The notes beneath the pieces are model-generated. The model was not told where the DNA came from, searched no databases, and worked only from the letters and a program-made list of their open reading frames with translations. From positions 11,554 through 75,553 of the IMG/VR virus record IMGVR_UViG_3300023313_000005: a DNA stretch of 64,000 nt; one strand, given 5' to 3'. This DNA is from a virus. The position numbers and the translations under genes were made by a program. Shown piece by piece: positions 29,274 through 37,563 of the stretch. The first letter of the stretch is position 1, and each line of letters opens with the position of its first letter.

Positions 29274-29463
29274 TATTAAATGTAATAACTATTTTTTCTA
29301 TTCCATATCCAGGTCTAGATATTTGTTCTTTGCATTCGTTATTTAAATCATGTGTAACTGAAGCTTCAATTATAATATTTCTGATAATTTTATGTTGACT
29401 CACATAATAAGAAACTTCAGAATCTACAAAACTTCCGAAATTAGTAAAGTTTATATCTATCAT
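29260..29463 (-). CDS. Outlying diverged MID peptide (MIDINFTNFG); start corrected from 29505
   Basis: Junction TGTATATTATGATAGAT. Confidence 0.6.
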   Translation of the reverse strand: MIDINFTNFGSFVDSEVSYYVSQHKIIRNIIIEASVTHDLNNECKEQISRPGYGIEKIVITFNNDRL

Positions 29464-29473
29464 AATATACATA

Positions 29474-29611
29474 TTATTTTTGAGTACGTAATCTTTCCAC
29501 CTCATTCTCCATTACCTGAAGTAACTTCTGAAGTTGGTTGTACGTTGGTAGGTCGTTGTAAGATAGTGATAATTCCACACCATCTCTTTCAAAGGTTATC
29601 TTGTTTTTCAT
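29474..29611 (-). CDS. Hypothetical 45-aa protein (MKNKITFERDG)
   Basis: Manual translation; fills the gap on the coding strand. Confidence 0.5.
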   Translation of the reverse strand: MKNKITFERDGVELSLSYNDLPTYNQLQKLLQVMENEVERLRTQK

Positions 29612-29647
29612 TCTATAACTCTTTTGTCATTACATCTAAGTTTGAGA

Positions 29648-29905
29648 CTACACAAGCTCAAAATACCTCTCAAATTCCCAAACAACCCAATCTCTTTTAC
29701 TTCTTGATAGCTTTGATTTTTTCTGTTGGATTAATTCGTATTCTTTCACAATATCAACCGATAACATTTGTTTTGACCTTTTATCATAAAAGTCAGTAAA
29801 ACCAAAAGCGGCACTCATAGTTAATATAGTTGTCATTGTTTTACTTATCGGTTTCCTTTTTGGGAGTTCTCTTTCCCTGTATTTCAATCCGTTTATTTCT
29901 ATCAT
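29648..29905 (-). CDS. Hypothetical protein
   Basis: 85-aa coupled ORF. Confidence 0.65.
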   Translation of the reverse strand: MIEINGLKYRERELPKRKPISKTMTTILTMSAAFGFTDFYDKRSKQMLSVDIVKEYELIQQKKSKLSRSKRDWVVWEFERYFELV

Positions 29906-30102
29906 TTCACAACTCTTTTAATATTTCCTCTATTTATTAATTCTTGACATTCTTCAAGAGTTCCTTGACAATCAATAAATTCTATATGTTTTACTCTCCA
30001 TGCAAAATATCCATCTGTTTTTAAATCCCTAAATCTATTAGGAAATCTACTTACTTGGATTCCGAATTTACCATTTTCAAATTCTACTATTCTTGGTTTC
30101 AT
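29902..30102 (-). CDS. Hypothetical protein
   Basis: 66-aa ORF with an A-rich initiation region. Confidence 0.6.
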   Translation of the reverse strand: MKPRIVEFENGKFGIQVSRFPNRFRDLKTDGYFAWRVKHIEFIDCQGTLEECQELINRGNIKRVVK

Positions 30103-30112
30103 TTGTTTTGTT

Positions 30113-30289
30113 TTAATATTTTAAATCTTCTGTAATTATATCTATAACTACCATTAATAATACTATAAATAATACTACCCGAATCCGAAACAATGTATCT
30201 AAATCTGTTATATTTATATCATTTTTGAGGAATATTACAAGAATTAGAGAAATTCCTACTACTGATAGGTATTTGATTAGTTTTTTCAT
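30113..30289 (-). CDS. Small two-TM membrane protein (58 aa, MKKLIKYLSVVG)
   Basis: Manual translation; paralog of 30294-30467. Confidence 0.7.
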   Translation of the reverse strand: MKKLIKYLSVVGISLILVIFLKNDINITDLDTLFRIRVVLFIVLLMVVIDIITEDLKY

Positions 30290-30293
30290 CTTA

Positions 30294-30467
30294 TTAATCT
30301 ATATCTTTTGTTATTACAGCTGTGAGGATTATAAATAGCGCTGTAAATGCTATCATTGCAAATCTATCAAAAGGAGATGATTCCATTATATTAGTGTCAC
30401 CTTTGATGAATATTATAAGAAGTAAGGTAAGCCCTACTACTGATAGGTATTTGATTAGCTTTCTCAT
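30294..30467 (-). CDS. Small two-TM membrane protein (57 aa, MRKLIKYLSVVG)
   Basis: Manual translation; ATGA overlap with the upstream gene. Confidence 0.7.
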   Translation of the reverse strand: MRKLIKYLSVVGLTLLLIIFIKGDTNIMESSPFDRFAMIAFTALFIILTAVITKDID

Positions 30468-30736
30468 TCCTTTTTGTCTTTAATGAATACTTTTAATGTT
30501 CTTCCCTCGTCTTGTAAACTCAACTCTACTTCGCAATGCTTGTTTTTGTTTACGTATTTTCTGCCTTTCGGGTCTATCACCTCTACTCTGGTGACTTCGC
30601 TTAATTCTACTAGCGTTCCTTTCACCACCCAATCTTCAAAGCCGTCAAACTCCGCACAGCTTCTTTCCATTTCTTCCAACTCCTCCTCTGTGACTAGACG
30701 AAGTTCGTTGTCTGATAGTTCAATTAGTATCTTCAT
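30464..30736 (-). CDS. Hypothetical protein
   Basis: 90-aa ORF. Confidence 0.65.
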   Translation of the reverse strand: MKILIELSDNELRLVTEEELEEMERSCAEFDGFEDWVVKGTLVELSEVTRVEVIDPKGRKYVNKNKHCEVELSLQDEGRTLKVFIKDKKE

Positions 30737-30883
30737 TTTGTTTTGTTTTTTAAACTAACACGTTGTATGTGGTCTGAACGTCTTGACAAGCATAATAATA
30801 AATGTCTGCAGTTCCCGTTCGTGTTGCCTCATATTAACATTGTTTATACGCCATGCTGCGCACGGGCGCATACACGGGTGTTA

Positions 30884-31183
30884 TCAACAAGGTGGTTTGC
30901 ACCATTCTTTTACTATCATATTTTCAAAGTTGTATTTCCAGCAATTATCATTTTCCCACCATTCATTAATTCCGTATTTACCATTTTCGTATTTAACAAA
31001 CACTTGTTTGTCATCAGTAGGTAAGGCATCTTTAATCGCTACCCAATTGCTAATATGTGGTATAGATAATTGCTCTATACAGTGGTTTATTAATTCGTGT
31101 AAAGTCCAGTAACTATCGCAGTTGTTGTCTATTTTTTCAACTGGGTTTATTCCCATTTCTTCTAATAATTTTCTTGTTGTCAT
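30884..31183 (-). CDS. Small phage protein with a DUF551-like C-terminus
   Basis: NWVAIKDALP...VKEW. Confidence 0.55.
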   Translation of the reverse strand: MTTRKLLEEMGINPVEKIDNNCDSYWTLHELINHCIEQLSIPHISNWVAIKDALPTDDKQVFVKYENGKYGINEWWENDNCWKYNFENMIVKEWCKPPC

Positions 31184-31195
31184 TTTGGTTTTATT

Positions 31196-31441
31196 TTAAA
31201 GTTCAACTCTTTTTTTGTAGTAAATCTCGTCCGTGATTCCATCCTCCAACTCTATCACTAAGACAATGTCCTCACCCCTTTCCTCTCTGGTCACAGAAAG
31301 CACCCCCACATCTTCACTGATTAGCCGCCCGTCCAATGTTTCCACGATGGTGGGCATATCTATTATCTGATCTCGCTTGAAGTGCTCCTCGTGGAAGACT
31401 ACTCCGTCTGTGGTTATTCGTTTGTATGGGCTTATATCCAT
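31196..31441 (-). CDS. Hypothetical protein
   Basis: 81-aa ORF. Confidence 0.6.
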   Translation of the reverse strand: MDISPYKRITTDGVVFHEEHFKRDQIIDMPTIVETLDGRLISEDVGVLSVTREERGEDIVLVIELEDGITDEIYYKKRVEL

Positions 31442-31959
31442 GATGATTTTTCAATTAATTCCTTATGGAATTCTGCAAACTTTTTTGCTCTTTTTTTTGT
31501 TGGGAAAGCAAGGAATGATATTTTATCGCGTGTTTCTAGAATCTCATAACTTGGCTCCCCACAAATAGGTAGTATTATAGATTTAGCTGTTTTATCGTAC
31601 CATTCTAAATTCTTTTCTTCTTCCCAATTTGGACTCCAATCTCCATTATAATCAGCTACCAATTGGGATAGCATGGCTTTGGCAATACTAGCTTCTGCTT
31701 GCTTTCTTGTTTTGAATATATTACCATCATTATCAGTTCTGCGTGGAATACCTATTGGATAAATATTACTAAAAGCATCTATCCAATACCCTCCTACTTT
31801 TTCTAACTCTTCCCGAGTCTTTAATTTCCCTTCTTGTGGCTCTTCCTTGAGTGTCTTTAACACCCTCTCCAATTCTGGAATATCTTTTTTTGAAACTGTG
31901 ATTTTGACTGTGTCGGTATTCAATTCTGTTACTTTCATGTTATTTGTTTTTGATTGCAT
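31432..31959 (-). CDS. Hypothetical phage protein
   Basis: 175-aa ORF with YNGDWSPNW motif. Confidence 0.65.
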   Translation of the reverse strand: MQSKTNNMKVTELNTDTVKITVSKKDIPELERVLKTLKEEPQEGKLKTREELEKVGGYWIDAFSNIYPIGIPRRTDNDGNIFKTRKQAEASIAKAMLSQLVADYNGDWSPNWEEEKNLEWYDKTAKSIILPICGEPSYEILETRDKISFLAFPTKKRAKKFAEFHKELIEKSSWI

Positions 31960-32527
31960 TTTCTAAATGTAAAAAGTACGCTTTATATGCTTTGTACATT
32001 GCTTCTATTCTGATAAATTCTTCTGTACCTCTTTTTGTTTCAAATTCGTCATCACCCTTAAACCATTCATCCCATTGTTCAATAGTTTTGCATTCACATC
32101 CAATTTTTATTTTATTATTCACTATACCAAAACTCCATTTTGAGTAAATAGGCATAATTGCATTACTTATATCTGCTCTACGAAGGTTTACCCCGTCAAA
32201 GTTTACTCCACGAAGGTCTGATTCACGAAGGTCTGCTTCATCGAGGATTGATTCACAAAGGTTTGCTCCACGAAGGTCTGCTCTGTAAAGGTTTGCTCCA
32301 CGAAAATCTACTCTACGAAGGTTGGTTTCATAAAGATTTGCTCCACGAAGGTTAGCTTCATAAAAGTTGGCTTCAAAAAGGTTGGCTCCACAAAAATTTG
32401 CTTCAAAAAGATTGGCCCCATGAAAGTCTGCCCCACGGAGGTCAGCTCTACGCAAGTAGGCTCCTATTAATGTATCGCCTTCAATTTCTTTTAATACTTT
32501 TCCGTTAAAATCTTTAATTTGTATCAT
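31940..32527 (-). CDS. Pentapeptide repeat protein
   Basis: A(D/N)(L/F)xx repeats; C-terminal IKIGC...W domain. Confidence 0.9.
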   Translation of the reverse strand: MIQIKDFNGKVLKEIEGDTLIGAYLRRADLRGADFHGANLFEANFCGANLFEANFYEANLRGANLYETNLRRVDFRGANLYRADLRGANLCESILDEADLRESDLRGVNFDGVNLRRADISNAIMPIYSKWSFGIVNNKIKIGCECKTIEQWDEWFKGDDEFETKRGTEEFIRIEAMYKAYKAYFLHLENAIKNK

Positions 32528-32582
32528 GACTTTTTGATTACATTTTTTAATGTAATAAATATATCAACAATATTTATTTATA

Positions 32583-32735
32583 TTACAATTCATAACTTAA
32601 TATATGTTTATATTTAATATGAGTATAAGGCGTAAACATTGAATTAAATTTATTTGCAATCATTATAGTAAATTTTAAATTTGGATAATCAAGTCTAGTA
32701 CGTGCTTTACAATCTTTGAGTATTACCAGTTTCAT
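32583..32735 (-). CDS. Array B peptide 9 (MKLVILKDCK...SYEL)
   Basis: Manual translation, 50 aa. Confidence 0.75.
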   Translation of the reverse strand: MKLVILKDCKARTRLDYPNLKFTIMIANKFNSMFTPYTHIKYKHILSYEL

Positions 32736-32881
32736 AGTTTATAAGTTTTTTTAGATTCGTATATAATATGACTATAGGGTAAATATACTGAATAATATCT
32801 AGTAGATATTATTATATTGTATGGTTCATTATAATAACTAATACTTTTTGCTTTACAATTTTTAAGTATAATTAATTTCAT
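32732..32881 (-). CDS. Array B peptide 8 (MKLIILKNCK...TYKL)
   Basis: Manual translation, 49 aa. Confidence 0.75.
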   Translation of the reverse strand: MKLIILKNCKAKSISYYNEPYNIIISTRYYSVYLPYSHIIYESKKTYKL

Positions 32882-33030
32882 AGCTCATAAAAATTTTTAG
32901 ATTTGTATCTAATACGACTATAAGGTAAATATAATGAATGATATGCATCAGATATTATTATATCATATGGCATAAAATATTGACTGAGTGTATTTATTGT
33001 TTTACAATCTCTAAATATTATTAACTTCAT
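32878..33030 (-). CDS. Array B peptide 7 (MKLIIFRDCK...FYEL)
   Basis: Manual translation, 50 aa. Confidence 0.75.
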   Translation of the reverse strand: MKLIIFRDCKTINTLSQYFMPYDIIISDAYHSLYLPYSRIRYKSKNFYEL

Positions 33031-33170
33031 GGCCAATAAAAGGTTATACTTTTATAATATATCTTAAAATAAGGAGTATAAAATATCTTATATCTAAAAT
33101 CTATATAAAGGTTAGAATCATCTGGTTTATTAGTATGAAATTCACAATTTTTAATTACAATTAGTCTCAT
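33027..33170 (-). CDS. Array B peptide 6 (MRLIVIKNCE...FYWP)
   Basis: Manual translation, 47 aa. Confidence 0.75.
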   Translation of the reverse strand: MRLIVIKNCEFHTNKPDDSNLYIDFRYKIFYTPYFKIYYKSITFYWP

Positions 33171-33307
33171 AAGTAATAAGTAGTTATAGTTTTAAATTTA
33201 ATTTTATAGCGAGAAAAACAAAATATATTATTTTGTAATACTATAGGGTAAGTTACGTATTTAAGTTCATTAGCTAGTTTACAGTCTTTAAGTGTTATTA
33301 GTTTCAT
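33167..33307 (-). CDS. Array B peptide 5 (MKLITLKDCK...TYYL)
   Basis: Manual translation, 46 aa. Confidence 0.75.
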   Translation of the reverse strand: MKLITLKDCKLANELKYVTYPIVLQNNIFCFSRYKIKFKTITTYYL

Positions 33308-33450
33308 ACCATATGAATTTTCATTTTTTCACCTTTTATACAAAAATTAAAAGTGTATAATGTTATAAATTGATAATCTAAAAGTACACTATAAAATATA
33401 GATGAATGATAATCATGTATTACACAATTTTTTATTATTATTAATCTCAT
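33304..33450 (-). CDS. Array B peptide 4 (MRLIIIKNCV...IHMV)
   Basis: Manual translation, 48 aa. Confidence 0.75.
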   Translation of the reverse strand: MRLIIIKNCVIHDYHSSIFYSVLLDYQFITLYTFNFCIKGEKMKIHMV

Positions 33451-33602
33451 AATTGATACATTTTACAATTTCCAAATTTTACATTTTTAATACTTATTAA
33501 TGCATATGAAGTAGTAGATACATGATATTTATAGCATATAAGATCTACAAAAGGTAAATATTGAGTAAAATCTTCATTTATAGGAATTACTATTAAATTC
33601 AT
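33447..33602 (-). CDS. Array B peptide 3 (MNLIVIPINE...MYQL)
   Basis: Manual translation, 51 aa. Confidence 0.75.
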   Translation of the reverse strand: MNLIVIPINEDFTQYLPFVDLICYKYHVSTTSYALISIKNVKFGNCKMYQL

Positions 33603-33748
33603 AACTCATATTTGTTAGAATAACTATACATAATACAAATATCACTTAGGTATAAAAGATAATTATTACTACATAGATCTGAATTTAATACAATATTTGA
33701 AATAGAAGAAGTAATATCGGCATATTTATTTAATAGTACTAAAGTCAT
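33599..33748 (-). CDS. Array B peptide 2 (MTLVLLNKYA...KYEL)
   Basis: Manual translation, 49 aa. Confidence 0.75.
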   Translation of the reverse strand: MTLVLLNKYADITSSISNIVLNSDLCSNNYLLYLSDICIMYSYSNKYEL

Positions 33749-33894
33749 AATTCATATCTATTAGAATATTTATATGTAATGCAAATATTACCTATATATA
33801 AAAGATAAATATCACTATATAGATCTGAAATTAACCTATCGTTTGATGAAAGCATAAAAATATCATCATATTTATTTAATATTACTAAAGTCAT
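33745..33894 (-). CDS. Array B peptide 1 (MTLVILNKYD...RYEL); start corrected from 33954
   Basis: 49 aa; close paralog of peptide 2. Confidence 0.75.
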   Translation of the reverse strand: MTLVILNKYDDIFMLSSNDRLISDLYSDIYLLYIGNICITYKYSNRYEL

Positions 33895-33912
33895 ATTTTG
33901 TTGTGTTGTAAT

Positions 33913-33943
33913 AAAAAGGTGCAGAGAATTTCCCCACACCTTT
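33913..33943 (-). terminator. Imperfect terminator-like hairpin upstream of array B
   Basis: AAAGGTG...CACCTTT inverted repeat with a T-tract on the minus strand. Confidence 0.45.
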
Positions 33944-33950
33944 AACCCTA

Positions 33951-34178
33951 TCAATCAAATGCATCCTGTAACATTTTAGTTACAGGGTTCAGCTCTTGTT
34001 GAGTATATTTAATGATGTTTTCACTTTCTGTTTTTAATGTCCCATGCTCGCCATGGGTTACTATTCCGTTACTACCTGTTTTGATGAGAAGAGCACCTTT
34101 ATACTCCTCACTAACAATGTCCCCTTTTACCTCTAAAGTATGAGGATGGGTAGACTTTTGAATTATTAATTTTTCCAT
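33951..34178 (-). CDS. Small His-motif protein, copy B (HPH...HGEH...QQELNP); start MEKLIIQK
   Basis: Paralog of 27953-28219. Confidence 0.8.
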   Translation of the reverse strand: MEKLIIQKSTHPHTLEVKGDIVSEEYKGALLIKTGSNGIVTHGEHGTLKTESENIIKYTQQELNPVTKMLQDAFD

Positions 34179-34182
34179 TATA

Positions 34183-35001
34183 TTAAGATTGTGCTGTGAG
34201 TAATCCAAAATACTCATCAGCTGTTAAACTTCTTTTTTTGGGGTTGTAAGATATTAAATCTTTTAGTTCTTCAATATCTTTATCATATTCTGTGATAAAA
34301 ACATCTCCTTGACGTTTTATCTCTTTGATGTAAGGAATAACTGATTCATGAAAGACTGCCGTAGATGCTATGGCTGTTAAAGCACTATTGTCTTCAGGTT
34401 TATTTACCCAAAGATAATGCTCTTCATTAGTAGTGGTACACCAGCACTTAACTACATATAGTTTATTAGTACTAAATTTAGTTCCATCAACTTCTAGTAA
34501 TTCATAAACTACATGGTAATCTTTCATACCGGTAAAATTACCTTCATAATCGAATGTTTTATGAGTTACTTCCTTACCTCCTACATCTATAGTAGTATAA
34601 CCCATACCCTCTATCAATTCTTTTACATCCAACAATTCAAATACTAAAATTTGAAAGGCATTATTTTTGATTTCGAATGCCTCTTTAAATGTTATAGGAG
34701 GAATATCCTCCCACATATCTAATAGTATCTCTACTTTAGACACACAACTTTTAAAAATGTTAGCACCTTCTATTTCTTCTCCTTCGGCTATTTTCTTGTC
34801 AATTTTTTCAGGGAGCTCTCGGAATTTGTTTATAATAGTATTTTCAAATTCTTTCTTAGTTCCCTTCAACTTATAATATTGGATAAGTTCTTTTTTTGTA
34901 ATACCTATCCAAATATCAGTTGTTGCCTCGTATTTTAATTCTGATGTTACCTCTATGATATGGAGGTTTTTTAACTTACGAAGTTTATTTTCATCTTTCA
35001 T
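34183..35001 (-). CDS. CxC/RQGDV 'LTAQS' protein, copy B
   Basis: CWCTTTNEEHYLWV, RQGDVF and YFGLLTAQS. Confidence 0.8.
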   Translation of the reverse strand: MKDENKLRKLKNLHIIEVTSELKYEATTDIWIGITKKELIQYYKLKGTKKEFENTIINKFRELPEKIDKKIAEGEEIEGANIFKSCVSKVEILLDMWEDIPPITFKEAFEIKNNAFQILVFELLDVKELIEGMGYTTIDVGGKEVTHKTFDYEGNFTGMKDYHVVYELLEVDGTKFSTNKLYVVKCWCTTTNEEHYLWVNKPEDNSALTAIASTAVFHESVIPYIKEIKRQGDVFITEYDKDIEELKDLISYNPKKRSLTADEYFGLLTAQS

Positions 35002-35020
35002 GTTTATTGAATTTTGGTTT

Positions 35021-35716
35021 TTAATATAAAAAAGATATATGTTGTCTAATATTAAATTTAGAATCTTCTATTAATAATAAACATTGATTAGAATTTATTA
35101 AAGTATCTATAAAAATATAGTCTTTATCTAATTCTATATTATCTCTTTTTGTATGACCTACTACTTGAATATAATCATCTATTCCATACAATTTTAAAGA
35201 TCTAGGACGTATCCATAAAGGTCCTGCGAGTTGTGAATCACCATGCGGATCAACACCTCTAAATGTAAATGATAGAGGTTTATATTTAAATAGTTCATTT
35301 AAATCAAATGCTATGGTGTCGGATTTAGGATTTATACCTACATTTTCACACCAAATTTTACTTACTCCCGCATGAGTAAACAAATAATAATCATATTCAT
35401 AAGCTATTTGAAATAATTCTAAATTATCAGTAATTAATTTTTGTATCTCAAATGCTGAAGATTGATATCCTGAATAACGCTCATTAATATTTGGGAAATA
35501 GTGATAGTCATGATTTCCAATTAATAAAATTGTATTATCAAAATTATCATTTTTATATTTTAATATTTCCTTAAAATTATGAACTTGTTCTACTAAACTA
35601 TGATTAAAACTATCAAAATAGTCACCAATAAATATTACTTTATCAGGATTTGTTTTCTCAATGTGATCCTTCCATTTAGTACAGCCATGGATATCACCAA
35701 TAACTAATGTTTTCAT
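35021..35716 (-). CDS. Calcineurin-like metallophosphoesterase
   Basis: GDIHG, GDYFD, GNHD, THAG and GHT. Confidence 0.92.
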   Translation of the reverse strand: MKTLVIGDIHGCTKWKDHIEKTNPDKVIFIGDYFDSFNHSLVEQVHNFKEILKYKNDNFDNTILLIGNHDYHYFPNINERYSGYQSSAFEIQKLITDNLELFQIAYEYDYYLFTHAGVSKIWCENVGINPKSDTIAFDLNELFKYKPLSFTFRGVDPHGDSQLAGPLWIRPRSLKLYGIDDYIQVVGHTKRDNIELDKDYIFIDTLINSNQCLLLIEDSKFNIRQHISFLY

Positions 35717-35964
35717 GTTACTGATTTGTATACTTCTGGAAATAAATTATTTCCATAAAGTATTGGTTTATTAAATGCTGATTTTAGAACTTCATGTGTC
35801 CATTCTAAATCAGATAATTTTCTAGCACTCATTGTAGAAAGTTCATATTTAAATGGTTTATTATTTAAATCAAAAAATACATGACCTATTCTAAGAGTTA
35901 CATTACCGTCATCATTTAATAATGCAATAACTCTAAATTCCCAATTTCTATATGATTTCTTCAT
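35713..35964 (-). CDS. Hypothetical protein; start MKKSYRN downstream of the tRNA
   Basis: The longer track start lies inside the tRNA. Confidence 0.6.
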   Translation of the reverse strand: MKKSYRNWEFRVIALLNDDGNVTLRIGHVFFDLNNKPFKYELSTMSARKLSDLEWTHEVLKSAFNKPILYGNNLFPEVYKSVT

Positions 35965-35979
35965 AATTTTTAAAATTTG

Positions 35980-36064
35980 TACCCGGAGCGGGACTTGAAC
36001 CCGCACGAGCGCAATGCTCATTGGATTTTAAGTCCAACGTGTCTACCAATTCCACCATCTGGGC
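35980..36064 (-). tRNA. tRNA-Leu (anticodon UAA)
   Basis: GCCCAGA/TCCGGGT acceptor stem, TGGTA D-loop, TTGGA-CTTAAAA-TCCAA anticodon arm, long variable arm, GTTCAAG T-loop. Confidence 0.95.
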
Positions 36065-36074
36065 AAATTAATAA

Positions 36075-36097
36075 AAAGGGGGAGTAATTCCCCCTTT
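36075..36097 (-). terminator. Intrinsic terminator
   Basis: AAGGGGGA-GTAAT-TCCCCCTT hairpin with a T-tract. Confidence 0.65.
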
Positions 36098-36100
36098 ATT

Positions 36101-36307
36101 TTATCCTTTGAAAATAGTCTTTCCTTTAAATTTTCTGTCTAACCATCTTGTAAAGGGAGTTTTTCCCCTTTTACAAGAGAAATCTAAAGGTGCAACTTTG
36201 GTGGTTGTTAACCACCTCTGATTAACAATGATTTTTTTTTGTTCTAATGGAACGTATTTATCTCTTAGAAAATTCGATTGTGCTTTTGTGAAATCACTCT
36301 GTTTCAT
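36101..36307 (-). CDS. Small basic hypothetical protein
   Basis: 68-aa ORF. Confidence 0.55.
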   Translation of the reverse strand: MKQSDFTKAQSNFLRDKYVPLEQKKIIVNQRWLTTTKVAPLDFSCKRGKTPFTRWLDRKFKGKTIFKG

Positions 36308-36461
36308 GGTAATACTTTTTAATTTGGGTTTAATATTCCGTTTAAATAAATTACTACTTTACATTTATCTGTAATTATGATAAATGCTTTTTTGTTTACA
36401 TCATACCCGGAACTTTTAGGTAAATTGATGTCGTGCATATACTGGAATAAATTTTGTAAGT

Positions 36462-36824
36462 TCATAACTTATCAGTGTTATATGTCCATTTGAATTGATG
36501 ATCTCTTGTAAACCATATTATTACATCCGGTTTATCTAATTTAATATCACATTTTAATACGAAATACTCATCCATGTGTTTAGGATCTATCCAAATAGAT
36601 TTTGTCCTATTTACAGTGGTAATATCTATTCTAGTATTATCGGATACTAAAACATCAATACCATCTGTATATTCAGATAATACATATTCTACCATTAAAT
36701 CGTCTGATTCTATGGTGATTATACATGCCTTTTTTTCAGGGTTTATAATATTACCCCTAAAATATAATTGAGCATTGAGATTTAATCCCATTCCCAATAA
36801 CATAATAATAAATAGATTTTTCAT
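36462..36824 (-). CDS. Secreted protein with a Bacteroidota-style signal peptide
   Basis: MKNLFIIMLLGMGLNLNA|Q. Confidence 0.65.
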   Translation of the reverse strand: MKNLFIIMLLGMGLNLNAQLYFRGNIINPEKKACIITIESDDLMVEYVLSEYTDGIDVLVSDNTRIDITTVNRTKSIWIDPKHMDEYFVLKCDIKLDKPDVIIWFTRDHQFKWTYNTDKL

Positions 36825-37024
36825 GTTTTTTGTTTTAATAGTTTAAATAAAACTAATATGGACAGTTGAATACTACCCATATTAGTCAATTATGAGGTGC
36901 TACTTCCCCTCATTAGTCAACCTTTGAATAAAAGGATTTAATATTTTTTAGATAAAAAAGGGAAGGGAGAAATTCTCTCCCTATCCCTATATTAAACCAA
37001 AAAACACCTCTGAATCAGAGGTAA

Positions 37025-37276
37025 TTATAAAGTAGTTTCAATATTCTCTTTCCGACGTTTTTTTCTGAGATCTGTTATCTCATTGAATAAGGTATCATCA
37101 TGGACAATTTTTTTAAGTTTGTCCATGATAGTGTTATATCCAGTGCCATAACTACTATCCTCGTTAGCTATACTCGATAAAAGATTACGTAAATCACGTG
37201 ATCTTTTATCAATTGGCGCATTTGCCAATTGATATAAGTACTCAAATTGCTCGTTTGTTAATACTATTCGTTTCAT
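37025..37276 (-). CDS. Hypothetical protein
   Basis: 83-aa ORF. Confidence 0.6.
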   Translation of the reverse strand: MKRIVLTNEQFEYLYQLANAPIDKRSRDLRNLLSSIANEDSSYGTGYNTIMDKLKKIVHDDTLFNEITDLRKKRRKENIETTL

Positions 37277-37296
37277 GGTATTTTATTTTTTTTGGA

Positions 37297-37563
37297 TTAA
37301 TAATATTCTGTCAAAAGCATTATTATTGATGTATATAGTATCAATAATAGTATTCTTAAAAATAATTTTAAGATTCTATCTGGTTTTACCCAGATGGAAA
37401 ATGATGCCGCAATACAACACATTACGGCCATTGAGCCATATGCGCATGCAACATTTGTTGTATCCAATGGGTAAATACCCCATGAATATAAATCCCAGGA
37501 TAAACCTCCTAGGACTATCGATAGTAATACTACCATTACTGATAATGCTCTTTGATTTTTCAT
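37297..37563 (-). CDS. Small membrane protein (about 3 TM)
   Basis: Hydrophobic segments. Confidence 0.6.
   Translation of the reverse strand: MKNQRALSVMVVLLSIVLGGLSWDLYSWGIYPLDTTNVACAYGSMAVMCCIAASFSIWVKPDRILKLFLRILLLILYTSIIMLLTEYY

Larger units (their letters stand above)
32583..33894 (-). repeat. Array B: 9 tandem paralogous 46-51-aa peptide genes
   Basis: All 8 junctions are ATGA stop/start overlaps; shared N- and C-terminal motifs. Confidence 0.9.

Noticed and set aside
32180-32460. 15-bp periodic DNA repeat
   Set aside because: Fully explained by the pentapeptide repeat protein.
23385-35001. Diversity-generating retroelement or integron as the source of the arrays
   Set aside because: No reverse transcriptase, integrase, TR/VR pair with adenine-specific differences or attC-like palindromes were seen in the window.
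35965-36021. N-terminal extension of ORF 35713-36021
   Set aside because: It overlaps the tRNA-Leu gene; the ATG at 35964 is more plausible.
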